Translations under genes and position numbers: made by a program
Notes under the pieces: model-generated
What the model saw: the letters and a program-made list of their open reading frames with translations, nothing else
Databases searched by the model: none
Told to the model about the DNA's origin: nothing
Shown here: positions 10,207 to 19,173 of the stretch, in pieces
Numbering within the stretch: the stretch's first letter is position 1
Layout of the letters: every line of letters starts with the position of its first letter
NCBI GenBank assembly: GCA_001776935.1
Contig: MFDN01000008.1
Span: 8,998-72,997, forward strand
Direction of reading: 5' to 3'
Source of the DNA: Candidatus Daviesbacteria bacterium RIFCSPLOWO2_01_FULL_39_23
GTDB lineage: Bacteria > Patescibacteriota > Microgenomatia > Daviesbacterales > UBA10151
Length of the DNA stretch: 64,000 nucleotides

Positions 10207-10803
10207 ATGGCACGAATTCCCAAATCAGTTCAGGATTTAATAGAGGCATTTGAAAGACTCCCCGGCATCGGGCCAAAAACTGCCCAGCGGCTAACTTATT
10301 ACCTTCTGCATGCCCCAATTGAGGAAGCAAAAGCTTTGGCAGATGCTGCTATGGGGATGAAAGAAAATACCAGGATCTGTTCTATTTGTTTCAACATCGG
10401 AGAAGAAGACCCTTGTCAGATTTGTTCTGATCAAAGCAGGGATAAAGAAGTTATTGCAGTGGTGGAAAATCCTTTGGATGTATTGGCTTTAGAGAAGGCT
10501 AATTTTAAAGGACTTTACCATGTTTTGCATGGAGTTATTTCACCTTTAGAAAATATAGGTCCTTCTGAGATCCGTATAAAAGAACTTTTACCAAGACTTA
10601 AGGACGGCATTGTAAAAGAAATTATATTAGCAACAAATCCCACCATGGAAGGAGAGGCAACTGCAATGTATATTCAAAGATTAATTTCTCCCCTGGAGGT
10701 AAAAGTTACAAGAATTGCCAGAGGGTTGCCGGTGGGGTCTGACTTGGAATATGCAGATGAGACAACATTGTCACGGGCGCTGGAAGGAAGGAAAGAGTAT
10801 TAA
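10207..10803 (+). CDS. recR: Recombination protein RecR
   Basis: HhH motif (LPGIGPKTAQR), a C4 zinc finger (CSICxxxxxxxxxCQIC) and a Toprim domain. Confidence 0.9.
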   Translation: MARIPKSVQDLIEAFERLPGIGPKTAQRLTYYLLHAPIEEAKALADAAMGMKENTRICSICFNIGEEDPCQICSDQSRDKEVIAVVENPLDVLALEKANFKGLYHVLHGVISPLENIGPSEIRIKELLPRLKDGIVKEIILATNPTMEGEATAMYIQRLISPLEVKVTRIARGLPVGSDLEYADETTLSRALEGRKEY

Positions 10804-10805
10804 CA

Positions 10806-12248
10806 GTGGAAAAAAATACAGTTACATCAGAAGGGAATGCACTGCCTCCTAAAAGAGAGATAAGTCTCTGCAATTTTACCGGAACTTTTATCCCTGAAAG
10901 TGGAATACTACATAGACTGAATCATTTTCTCTCAAGATTTAGTGGTGAGGAAATAAAAGCCACAACACCATCTTTTTGGACACCACAGAGAAGACAGTTA
11001 GCAGAGAATATTATAGAGTCGGTTAACACTCATCTTAAACCTTTCGGTGCACCTCAGATGGAATTTAATCCAGAGCAGGTAGAACTATATCCCAGATCTA
11101 ATTTTGCTACATATGGAAGTAATAGTTTTACTTCAGGGTATTTTAGAATTAATAAGTTGTATACTGCGGGAGATGCAGATTTTGCAAAGGTTTTTGCCGG
11201 CCTTGTTTTACGCAATCTTTCTTTACGGTTAGGTAAGAAAGCAGCACCTACAGAATGGGAACAAAGAAGATATGGTCTAGAAATGAAGGCCAGACAGACA
11301 GATGGCGGACATGAAGCACACTTTGAGTTTTTAAACAACTCCATACTTGAAAAAACCAGGCAGGAGATATTAAGAAAAGAATTTCCTTCATTATTTCCAG
11401 AAGACTCGGAACATCCCGAAGAAGAACTGGAAATTTTTTGCCAGGTTGTTTCTATTACGAATAAAGAAAAATATCCTACTCCTGAAGATGTATTTAAAGT
11501 TTGTCAAAAGGCAGTGTTTGGTCGAGGTAGGCTTTTGGAGTTAGGTAGATTAGTAAAAATAACTTATGGTAAAGGTGGCTTGAGAGCGTTGGATGAGGCA
11601 TATTCAAGAAAAACACTTGATGATAAAAGGGCATTTATTATATCCCCTGTAGAAGAGGAAGAACTTTATGCAGCTGCTTGTGATGGACCAAGAGAGGAGG
11701 CCTATCAGGTAGGCAAAGACGAGATTTCAGTTGATTTCTCAAAGGTTCCTCCTAATATCCCTATTAGGGACTTTTTCCGCAAAGTAAAAGATGAAAATGG
11801 TGTTGTAAAGCTTGAACGGGGATTAAGGAGAAGACTGGTGTCCGGTATAAACAACCTTTCTTCTGAACTTGAAGATTTTAGTAAAGGATATATGCAATTT
11901 CCTCCCTTTGGTTTTGAAAGTGTTAGGGTAAGGATCAAAAAAGCCCTGAAAGGTGAAGGAGAGCTTCTTGTTCTTGCTGTGGATAGGCCTGATGATATAG
12001 CAAATATAGATGTGGCAGCAAAGAATGTTATGTTTGATTCTTTAGGTAAGGAAGATAAGCCAGCAGCTACTTTGGATGAAAGGTATTTATTAATGAATTT
12101 TTATCGTGTTAGGAATTTACCTAATGCCCCTGTTTCTGTTTATTGTTTAGAAGCAAAAGACAAAAAAAGCGGGGCCACTGTCTATGCTCTTGATTTTGCG
12201 CCTAGAGATGCTGATCCACAAGAGTGGTGGAAGAATAAAAAACACTAA
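10806..12248 (+). CDS. Hypothetical protein (480 aa) translationally coupled to recR
   Basis: A GTG start lies 2 nt after the recR stop, with a purine-rich RBS. Codon usage (AGA, CCT, ACA-rich) differs from neighbouring genes. No motif recognised. Confidence 0.4.
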   Translation: MEKNTVTSEGNALPPKREISLCNFTGTFIPESGILHRLNHFLSRFSGEEIKATTPSFWTPQRRQLAENIIESVNTHLKPFGAPQMEFNPEQVELYPRSNFATYGSNSFTSGYFRINKLYTAGDADFAKVFAGLVLRNLSLRLGKKAAPTEWEQRRYGLEMKARQTDGGHEAHFEFLNNSILEKTRQEILRKEFPSLFPEDSEHPEEELEIFCQVVSITNKEKYPTPEDVFKVCQKAVFGRGRLLELGRLVKITYGKGGLRALDEAYSRKTLDDKRAFIISPVEEEELYAAACDGPREEAYQVGKDEISVDFSKVPPNIPIRDFFRKVKDENGVVKLERGLRRRLVSGINNLSSELEDFSKGYMQFPPFGFESVRVRIKKALKGEGELLVLAVDRPDDIANIDVAAKNVMFDSLGKEDKPAATLDERYLLMNFYRVRNLPNAPVSVYCLEAKDKKSGATVYALDFAPRDADPQEWWKNKKH

Positions 12249-12288
12249 ATAACTTTTAACTTTTGTCTTTTTACTTTATACTATACCC

Positions 12289-12705
12289 ATGGCTGATGCT
12301 AATAATGTGATCGGGCAGTTTAAAGATGAAGTACTGGAAACTACGGGAGAAATCGCACAGGATGTTAAAGATTCTGTTGGTGAGATGATTGAACAGGGTG
12401 TGCAATCTGCAAAACAAACGCCCCTTACCCCACAGCAAATTCAACAAAAACAAGCTGAAGACCAAAAAAAAGAAATGCAGACCCAAAAGCAAATAACCTA
12501 CACCAGAAAATGGCTTAAGGATGTAGAAATGGCGCAAGCTAAAGTCAGAATGGAAAATCAGCAAAAGGAACAACAGAGGTTACAAGTACAAAAACAGGAA
12601 GAGCAAGCGACTGAAATTAAAAAGGAAGAAAAGAAAAGACAACCTGTTGATCCGGCAATTGCTTATGCCGGTAAAGCAGAAATTAAAAGAGGAGTAGGAG
12701 GATAG
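12289..12705 (+). CDS. Hypothetical Q/K/E-rich coiled-coil protein
   Basis: 138 aa of low-complexity charged sequence. Confidence 0.35.
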   Translation: MADANNVIGQFKDEVLETTGEIAQDVKDSVGEMIEQGVQSAKQTPLTPQQIQQKQAEDQKKEMQTQKQITYTRKWLKDVEMAQAKVRMENQQKEQQRLQVQKQEEQATEIKKEEKKRQPVDPAIAYAGKAEIKRGVGG

Positions 12706-12768
12706 GTGGAGAAAATATCAAATATCAAAGATTAAATATCAAAAATTTTGTAATTTGAAATTTAGATT

Positions 12769-14163
12769 TTGGAATTTATGCTAAAAATATACAATACTTT
12801 ATCGCGAACAATAGAAGATTTCAAACCAATTAAAGCCCCCAAAGTAGGAATGTATTCCTGCGGCCCGACTGTTTATGATTATACCCACATAGGCCACCTT
12901 AGGACTTACGTGGGAAATGATATTTTGCGAAGGATTTTGGAAAATAGCGGATATGATGTTACTCATGTAATGAATATTACCGACGTAGGGCATTTGGTAT
13001 CGGATGAAGATTCAGGGGAGGACAAGATGGAAAAAGGAGCAAGGGAGTCAGGCCGGACAGTTTGGGAAGTTGCAGAATTTTTCGAAAGATTTTTTTGGCA
13101 ATCTGTGGATGCAATTAATATTAAAAGACCAAATATTGTGGCAAAAGCCACTGATCATATAGAAGAGCAGATTAAATTAATACATAAACTGGAGAAAAAC
13201 GGCTTTACTTACCAAACAGAACAGGCAATTTATTTTGATATTTCTAAATTCACAAGCTATACAAAATTATCCGGACAAAAACTGGAAGAAAAAGAAACAG
13301 GCGCAAGGTCTGATGTAGTGGTAGATAAACAAAAGAAAAATCCGGTTGATTTTGCTTTATGGTTTTTTACTGTTGGGCATTTTGAGGGTCACTCAATGAG
13401 GTGGCCTTCGCCTTGGGGGGAAGGCTTTCCCGGTTGGCATATTGAGTGTTCTGCTATGAGCATGGAATATTTAGGGGACAGTTTAGATATTCACACCGGC
13501 GGCATTGATCATATCTCCGTTCATCATACCAATGAAATTGCCCAATCAGAGGCAGCAACAGCTAAGCAATTTGTTAAATACTGGATACATTTTGGTTTTT
13601 TACAGGTTGACGGAGAAAAGATGAGCAAATCCAAAAAGAATTTTTACAGAATAGATGAAATTACGGAAAAAGGATTTGATCCGTTAGCGCTACGGTATTT
13701 ATTTTTGACAGCTCATTACAGGGATAAATTAAACTTTACCTGGGAATCTTTGCAGGCTGCCCAAAATGCTTTGAATAATTTAAGGGAAGAAGTCAGGGAT
13801 TGGGATCAACCAGACATAGGTTGTGCAGAGTTTGAACAAAAGTTTACGGAAGCTGTAAATAATGATTTAAATATGCCGCAGGCTTTGGCTGTGCTTTGGG
13901 ATTTGGTTAAATCTGATTATCCGACATCTGCTAAAGCACAAACACTTCTGCAGATGGATAAAATTTTAGGCTTAGGCCTTGAGCAATATGTTGGTAAAAA
14001 AATAAGAATTCCCGAAGAAGTACAAAAGCTGATTAATCAAAGAGAACAGGTCAGAAAAGCAGGGGATTTTAAAACCTCAGACAAGCTCCGCCACCAAATT
14101 AAAAAATTAGGTTTTGAAATTGAAGATACTCCCAAAGGTACAAACATTAAAAGTGTGCTTTAG
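12769..14163 (+). CDS. cysS: Cysteinyl-tRNA synthetase
   Basis: Class I HIGH (HIGH-like YTHIGH) and KMSKS motifs, plus a Cys-binding CGPTVYD motif. Confidence 0.9.
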   Translation: MEFMLKIYNTLSRTIEDFKPIKAPKVGMYSCGPTVYDYTHIGHLRTYVGNDILRRILENSGYDVTHVMNITDVGHLVSDEDSGEDKMEKGARESGRTVWEVAEFFERFFWQSVDAINIKRPNIVAKATDHIEEQIKLIHKLEKNGFTYQTEQAIYFDISKFTSYTKLSGQKLEEKETGARSDVVVDKQKKNPVDFALWFFTVGHFEGHSMRWPSPWGEGFPGWHIECSAMSMEYLGDSLDIHTGGIDHISVHHTNEIAQSEAATAKQFVKYWIHFGFLQVDGEKMSKSKKNFYRIDEITEKGFDPLALRYLFLTAHYRDKLNFTWESLQAAQNALNNLREEVRDWDQPDIGCAEFEQKFTEAVNNDLNMPQALAVLWDLVKSDYPTSAKAQTLLQMDKILGLGLEQYVGKKIRIPEEVQKLINQREQVRKAGDFKTSDKLRHQIKKLGFEIEDTPKGTNIKSVL

Positions 14164-14192
14164 CACTTCAAATTATGGTAAACTAAATTCTT

Positions 14193-14855
14193 GTGGAAAC
14201 TGATGTAATCACTATTGACGGACCGACCTCTTCCGGAAAAAACAGCGTTGGGTTTTTACTTGCTCAAAAATTGGGGTATCAATATATTGATTCAGGTTCC
14301 ATTTACCGGGCCGGATCTTTTTTTGTTTTAAGAAAAAATATTTCTTCGGATGATTTGGAAAAAATAGTTGAAGCTTTTGAAAGCTTAATAATAGAGATAA
14401 AATCAGAAGATCACAAGCAGAGGTTTTTTGCAAACGGGCAGGATATAACGGATAATTTGCATGATCCTGATGTAACAAGATTGGTACCGGTTGTTTCTGC
14501 CATAGGAGATGTTAGACAGGCAGTAAAAGTAATTCAGTATAAATTAACCAAAATCAAAAATACGGTAATGACAGGACGGGATATAGGTTCGGAAATTTTT
14601 CCACTGGCAAAACATAAATTTTTTTTAACAGCAGATATTAAAGTAAGAGCCCAGAGACGTTTTAAACAGCTTTATGAGAAGGATTCGTCTATTACGTATG
14701 AAGATGTATTAGTTAATATGGATAAAAGAGACCGTGATGATATGACAAGAGCAGTTTCCCCTTTACGGGTTCCAGAGGGCGCAGTTGTAATTGATAACAC
14801 TAACTTAGATGTTGAACAAACTGTGGAAGAAATGTTAAAACACATTAATGCATAA
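14193..14855 (+). CDS. cmk: Cytidylate kinase
   Basis: P-loop ITIDGPTSSGKNS and CMP-kinase similarity. Confidence 0.85.
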   Translation: METDVITIDGPTSSGKNSVGFLLAQKLGYQYIDSGSIYRAGSFFVLRKNISSDDLEKIVEAFESLIIEIKSEDHKQRFFANGQDITDNLHDPDVTRLVPVVSAIGDVRQAVKVIQYKLTKIKNTVMTGRDIGSEIFPLAKHKFFLTADIKVRAQRRFKQLYEKDSSITYEDVLVNMDKRDRDDMTRAVSPLRVPEGAVVIDNTNLDVEQTVEEMLKHINA

Positions 14856-16125
14856 AAAAGTTACATTAAAAAATGGTCTTACCTTAATAACCATAGATCG
14901 TCCTTATCTTGATTCGGTTACCACACTAGTGGCAATTGGAGCAGGTTCGCGGTATGAGACAAAAAAAATAAATGGTATATCCCACTTTTTGGAACACATG
15001 TTTTTTAAAGGATCCAAAAAATACCCTTCTGCTGAACAAATTTCAAATTTAGTTGACGGGATTGGAGCTGTAAATAACGCGGCAACTGACAAAGAAGTCA
15101 CCTATTATTGGATTAAGTCATCAGTAAGGCATATAAAACTATCCTCTGATATTTTGTCTTCGATGATTAAAGAGTCCCTGCTAAGCGCAGAAGAAATCGA
15201 AAGGGAAAAGGGGGTAATTATTGAAGAGCTTAGGATGTATAGGGATAACCCTTCTAGATATGTATGGGAACTCTACGAAAGACTGCAGTTTGGGGATCAG
15301 CCTTTGGGTTGGGATATTGGAGGGGATGAAAAAACCATAACATCGCTCGGGCGCAAAGATTTTGTGTCATATATGAATTCTTTATACTCACCCAAAAATA
15401 TGGTGCTTGTATATGTGGGAAAACTGCCAAAAAATATAGAGAAAATGGCAGAAGAGCATTTTGGTGATTTGCCAAAAAGAGCAACATCCCAATTTAAACC
15501 ATTTGTTAAAAGTAAGCAGGTAAAGCCGAGGGTTAATATATTTTATAAAGCAACTGATCAGGCTAATCTTGTTTTAGGGATGGAAGGATTCAGTCGCTAT
15601 GATGATAAGCGCTACTCAGCAAGAGTGCTGGCAACTATTCTGGGAGCAGGTATGTCTTCGAGATTATTTATTCAGGTAAGGGAAAGACGGGGATTTGCTT
15701 ATCATGTAAGCGCCCAGCATGATAGTTATAAAGATACAGGAACATTTACAGTGTATGCCGGATTAAAGTTGGAAAAAGTTTATGAGGGGTTAGGGGTAAT
15801 TTTAACAGAGCTTGAAAAAACAATCTTAGAAGAAGTTACAGACGAGGAGTTGAAAAAAGCCAAGGAGATGATCAGAGGAAGAATTGCGCTTCAGTCTGAG
15901 TCAACTAACTTTTTGGCAGAATATTTTGGGACCAATTTTGCGCTGGATAGAAAAGTTCGTACTTTTGAAGAGCTTATACAAAAGATAGATAAAGTCACAA
16001 AAGAGGACGTGCAGGTTCTTGCAAAAGAATTATTTAAAAAAGATAAAATGAATTTGCAAATCATTGGTCCGTTTAAAGATGCTGATAAATTTGAGAATAT
16101 TTTAAACGGATTTAAATATGTATGA
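14848..16125 (+). CDS. M16-family zinc peptidase (insulinase-like)
   Basis: Inverted zinc motif HFLEH...E near the N-terminus. 425 aa. Confidence 0.8.
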   Translation: MHKKVTLKNGLTLITIDRPYLDSVTTLVAIGAGSRYETKKINGISHFLEHMFFKGSKKYPSAEQISNLVDGIGAVNNAATDKEVTYYWIKSSVRHIKLSSDILSSMIKESLLSAEEIEREKGVIIEELRMYRDNPSRYVWELYERLQFGDQPLGWDIGGDEKTITSLGRKDFVSYMNSLYSPKNMVLVYVGKLPKNIEKMAEEHFGDLPKRATSQFKPFVKSKQVKPRVNIFYKATDQANLVLGMEGFSRYDDKRYSARVLATILGAGMSSRLFIQVRERRGFAYHVSAQHDSYKDTGTFTVYAGLKLEKVYEGLGVILTELEKTILEEVTDEELKKAKEMIRGRIALQSESTNFLAEYFGTNFALDRKVRTFEELIQKIDKVTKEDVQVLAKELFKKDKMNLQIIGPFKDADKFENILNGFKYV

Positions 16126-16813
16126 TAAGGAAAAAATTGTATCTTTGGGTAAGCAGGCTTTTGTAAAAAGACCGACTTTTCTTAAAAGGGCATTTTCTTA
16201 TACGAATTTTCTGATTGCTACTATTTTAGGGTTTGCTGTTTTAACCTTTTTTGTCAGGCAATATGACTATTTCAATTTTGATTTAACCATTACTATATTT
16301 ATTCAAAAGTATAGTCAAAATTGGTTTGATTTGCTTATGAGGCTTATAACCTTAATGGGGAATGGGCCGGCGGTTGGAATTATCGTCATTGCCCTGTCTT
16401 TATATGGCTACCTGATCGGAAAAAGACATTCACCCTTGCTGCTTGTGATTTCTACGTTTGGAGGAATCATTATTAGCCAGCTTTTAAAGATTTTGGTTGC
16501 AAGACCCCGGCCTGATCCTTCGCTTATTAATCAGATTAGTCATTTTTTAGGATCTGATAGTTTTCCATCAGGACATGTTCTAACTGCAATTTCATTGTAT
16601 GGCTTTATTTTATATATTGCATATACCCAGCTGAAAAAATCCTTAGTCAGAAAATTTATAATCGGATTTTGCTTAAGTATAATTCTCCTGATGGGTGTTT
16701 CAAGAATTTATCTGGGAGCCCATTGGTTCTCGGATGTTTTAGGGGCTTACCTGATAGGATTTGTCTGGTTATCAGTAATTATTTTTGTCTATCACAAATT
16801 TAAAAAAGTTTGA
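16118..16813 (+). CDS. PAP2-family phosphatase (undecaprenyl-diphosphatase-like membrane protein)
   Basis: PAP2 motifs KILVARPRPD, PSGH and SRIYLGAHWFSD. Confidence 0.75.
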   Translation: MYDKEKIVSLGKQAFVKRPTFLKRAFSYTNFLIATILGFAVLTFFVRQYDYFNFDLTITIFIQKYSQNWFDLLMRLITLMGNGPAVGIIVIALSLYGYLIGKRHSPLLLVISTFGGIIISQLLKILVARPRPDPSLINQISHFLGSDSFPSGHVLTAISLYGFILYIAYTQLKKSLVRKFIIGFCLSIILLMGVSRIYLGAHWFSDVLGAYLIGFVWLSVIIFVYHKFKKV

Positions 16814-17172
16814 ATATAAGGCAGAAATATCACAGTTCCTAAAATTGCTGAAGTTACAGCGGCAACCAAAACCGCTCCTGCCGATACATCCTTGGCCAAT
16901 TTTGCTCCCGGGTGAGCATCATTTGTAAATGAATCCACAACAGCTTCAATTGCAGTGTTTGTAAGTTCCAACGAAACTACAAATCCTATTAAAAATATAA
17001 TTATCATAAAATCCCATTTTGAAATACCTAAAACGATTGCAGCAGTGAGTACTAAAAAAGCTGTTAGGAAATGGAATTTTAAATTGGGTTCTTCTTTTAA
17101 TGCAGAAATGATTCCTGTAAATGCGTATTTAAAAGAAAGCACTCTTTGGGTCGAAATCTTTTGAAATGACAT
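16792..17172 (-). CDS. dgkA: Diacylglycerol/undecaprenol kinase DgkA family
   Basis: 126 aa, three TM helices and the DgkA signature ELTNTAIEAVVD. Confidence 0.75.
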   Translation of the reverse strand: MSFQKISTQRVLSFKYAFTGIISALKEEPNLKFHFLTAFLVLTAAIVLGISKWDFMIIIFLIGFVVSLELTNTAIEAVVDSFTNDAHPGAKLAKDVSAGAVLVAAVTSAILGTVIFLPYIQTFLNL

Positions 17173-17284
17173 GATTTTAGTATATCATTTTTTAAATGGT
17201 CATTTACAATAATCTTACCCAATTTTAATTGATTCATTGCCTACTTGAGAGAAACTTAATTAATTAAGAAAGGAGGTGAAGTAT

Positions 17285-17695
17285 TTGAAAAGTCAGACAA
17301 TTATTGTTGCCATTGTGATTTTATTGGTGGTTATTGGCGGAGCATGGTATCTGTCAGGCAAAGGAGGAGTACAAGCTCCAACCCCAACGCAAACACCTGG
17401 TATAACTTTAGATCAGCCGGATAAAACTTTTGAAGTGGAAGGCAAACCTTTTGAGTTTAATCCCAAAGAGCTTAAGGTTAAAAAAGGCGATGTAGTTAAA
17501 ATTACCTTTAAAAACACTCAGGGTTTTCACGATTTAAGCGTTGATGGATACAACGTTAAAACTAAACAAATTCAGGCTGGTGAAAGCGACACTATCCAAT
17601 TTAGGGCAGACAAGGCGGGAACTTTCCCGATGTTCTGCGGGGTGGGCACTCATCGTCAACAGGGAATGGAAGGGGTTTTAATTGTGGAGGAATAG
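17285..17695 (+). CDS. Cupredoxin (type-1 blue copper, plastocyanin/amicyanin-like) with an N-terminal membrane anchor
   Basis: A TTG start follows AGGAGGTG. The Cu ligands H...C...H...M (FHDL ... FCGVGTHRQQGM) are present. Confidence 0.7.
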   Translation: MKSQTIIVAIVILLVVIGGAWYLSGKGGVQAPTPTQTPGITLDQPDKTFEVEGKPFEFNPKELKVKKGDVVKITFKNTQGFHDLSVDGYNVKTKQIQAGESDTIQFRADKAGTFPMFCGVGTHRQQGMEGVLIVEE

Positions 17696-17707
17696 CTTTT
17701 TTGCTCC

Positions 17708-17768
17708 ATAGCCTAATATATCGTCGGTATACTTGACATAGGGACTTTAAATAGTTATATTAGGCTAT
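17708..17768 (+). promoter_or_regulatory. Near-consensus sigma70 promoter (TTGACA-17-TATATT) bracketed by a perfect 13-bp inverted repeat (atagcctaatata / tatattaggctat); candidate operator of the pur operon
   Basis: The -35 box is at 17733-17738 and the -10 box at 17756-17761. The right IR arm overlaps the -10. The purF start codon is at 17767, so the transcript would be leaderless or nearly so. Confidence 0.4.
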
Positions 17769-19173
17769 GAGACTCAGGCTGGGAGAAAAATGCGGAATAT
17801 TCGGAGTCATAGGAAAAGGTTTTGAGGCGGCCCGTTTAGTTCATCCGGGTCTTTGGGCCCTGCAGCATCGTGGTCAGGAATCTTCAGGAATCGCATCTTC
17901 AGACGGCAAAAAAATATTTCTTCATAAGGGAATGGGTTTGGTTTCCCATGTTTTTTCGGAAGAAGATCTTAAAGAATTAAAAGGATATCTGGCAGTCGGT
18001 CACAACCGTTATTCCACCTCAGGCGATTCATCTGCAACTCATGCACAGCCAATTTTAGAAAGGATTTCCGCTAACAAAAATATTGTTTTGGTTCACAATG
18101 GCAATCTTCCTACAACAAAAAAATTAGAAGAATTTTTAAAAAACGAAAAAATTTCAACGAGCGGACTCAATGATTCGGAGATGATTGCAAAATCTGTAGC
18201 TTTCTTTATGAAAAAAGGTCATTCTCTGGAAGCTTCAATTATAAAAGCTTATCCGTTGTTTACGGGCGTATTTTGTCTGCTGATTATGAATGAGCAAAAA
18301 ATAGTTGCCGTAAGAGACAGTTTTGGAATAAGACCCCTTGTTTTGGGTAAATTAAACGGCGGTCACATTGTAGCATCAGAAACCTGCGCGTTGGATATAA
18401 TCGGAGCAAAATTTTTAAGGGAAGTTAAACCAGGAGAGATGGTAACTATTTCTGATAAAGGTGTAAAAAGTTTTCAAATAGAAAAAGGAACGCAAAAGCT
18501 GGATGTTTTTGAGTTTATTTATTTTGCAAGACCGGATAGTTATATTTTAGGCAAAAGCGTAGATGCAGTCAGACAAAATCTTGGTATAGAACTGGCAAAA
18601 GAGAACAAAGTTTCCGCCGATGTGGTAATACCTGTGCCTGATTCTGCAATCCCTGCTGCTATTGGCTTTGCAAGGGAGTCTAATATACCGTTTGAGTTGG
18701 GGCTTATTAAGAACCGCTATATTCACAGGACATTTATCTCTCCGGAAGAGCATATAAGGCATAAAATAGTGCAGTTAAAACTTAATCCTATGCCGCATAT
18801 AATTTCCGGTAAAAGAGTGGTTATAGTGGATGATTCAATTGTTCGAGGCACCACTTCCCGTCAGATCATTAAGATGATAAGAAATGCCGGCGCAAAAGAG
18901 GTTCATTTACTGGTTTCTTCCCCGCCCTACAAATTCCCTGATTTTTATGGAATAGATACACCTTCCCAAAAGAAATTAATAGCATCGACTAAAAATATTA
19001 AGGAGATAAAAGAAGAATTAGGAGTTGATTCCCTGCACTATCTTTCTTATAAAGGTCTTATTAAGGCTGTTGGTTTACCGGAAAATTCCCTTTGTACAGC
19101 TTGTTTTACAGGTGATTACCCGGTGGATATTGGGGAGAGAAAAAAAGAAATTTCATATGATATTGTTCAATAA
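17767..19173 (+). CDS. purF: Amidophosphoribosyltransferase
   Basis: Ntn-hydrolase catalytic Cys after a short propeptide (MRLRLGEKCGIFGV). C-terminal PRTase domain. Confidence 0.9.
   Translation: MRLRLGEKCGIFGVIGKGFEAARLVHPGLWALQHRGQESSGIASSDGKKIFLHKGMGLVSHVFSEEDLKELKGYLAVGHNRYSTSGDSSATHAQPILERISANKNIVLVHNGNLPTTKKLEEFLKNEKISTSGLNDSEMIAKSVAFFMKKGHSLEASIIKAYPLFTGVFCLLIMNEQKIVAVRDSFGIRPLVLGKLNGGHIVASETCALDIIGAKFLREVKPGEMVTISDKGVKSFQIEKGTQKLDVFEFIYFARPDSYILGKSVDAVRQNLGIELAKENKVSADVVIPVPDSAIPAAIGFARESNIPFELGLIKNRYIHRTFISPEEHIRHKIVQLKLNPMPHIISGKRVVIVDDSIVRGTTSRQIIKMIRNAGAKEVHLLVSSPPYKFPDFYGIDTPSQKKLIASTKNIKEIKEELGVDSLHYLSYKGLIKAVGLPENSLCTACFTGDYPVDIGERKKEISYDIVQ

Noticed and set aside
12715-12743. 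Mini CRISPR or tandem array (ATATCAAA x3).
   Set aside because: The units are 8 nt with no spacers of defined length and there are no cas genes, so this is a simple direct repeat.
19025-19156. Upstream 44 codons of the purN-purD ORF.
   Set aside because: It overlaps the purF coding region in another frame and has no RBS. The ATG at 19157 gives a normal PurN N-terminus.
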